Below, piece by piece: positions 63,801 to 64,000 of a DNA stretch of 64,000 nucleotides (the stretch's first letter is position 1; the number at the start of each line of letters is the position of its first letter). Origin of the DNA: Octopus sinensis (Eukaryota); assembly GCF_006345805.1 (NCBI RefSeq), contig NC_043010.1, positions 55,738,001 to 55,802,000 on the forward strand, read 5' to 3'. Made by a program: the position numbers and the translations under genes. Below the pieces are notes generated by a model. That model did no database searches. It was not told where the DNA came from and worked only from the letters and a program-made list of their open reading frames with translations.

Positions 63801-64000
63801 AAAACAGTTGTAGGAACAACAAGCAGGTGTATTAGTTGAACACTTGGGAAAAATGGAAAAGTCTTTTATGTTTTGAGTCAAAGTTCTTTGACAGAAAGGA
63901 TTGAGAGGAAAAAATGGAGAGAGAAAAACTGTGTAGAGTCCAACATGGTGAGATGACTGGAAAAAAGAGCTTGAATGAACTGGAAATAATAATAATAATG

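Overview
AT-rich, repeat-dense animal genomic DNA, very probably octopus/cephalopod (judged from the tRNA-derived SINE families, RTE/Penelope content and long microsatellites). One 100-N scaffold gap lies at 11975-12074. Two host genes can be reconstructed by hand. (1) The last two exons of a minus-strand ferritin of yolk/secreted-like type (10427-10335 and 8039-7848); its 5' exons are not visible and probably lie in or beyond the gap. (2) A large plus-strand gene with 14 phase-compatible GT-AG exons from 23224 to 60121 (3066 nt, 1022 codons, open at both ends). It encodes three ~95-aa unnamed beta-rich repeats, an Ig-like segment, a malectin-like domain, an FBA (Fbs1-type sugar-binding) domain with no visible F-box, and DUF4062. 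The gene runs off the window where a STAND NTPase/repeat region would be expected. This lectin-plus-DUF4062 architecture is the most interesting signal. The rest is mobile DNA: modular tRNA-derived SINEs (including a triple nesting with a hAT MITE), several RTE LINE copies with a PHD finger inside the RT ORF, a CR1-like LINE, R4/Dong LINE relics, Helitron relics, three kinds of Penelope-like elements with inverted pLTRs and hammerhead-ribozyme motifs, and a ~6-kb (TA)n/(TACA)n array. All domain and family calls are motif recognition by eye, not database searches.
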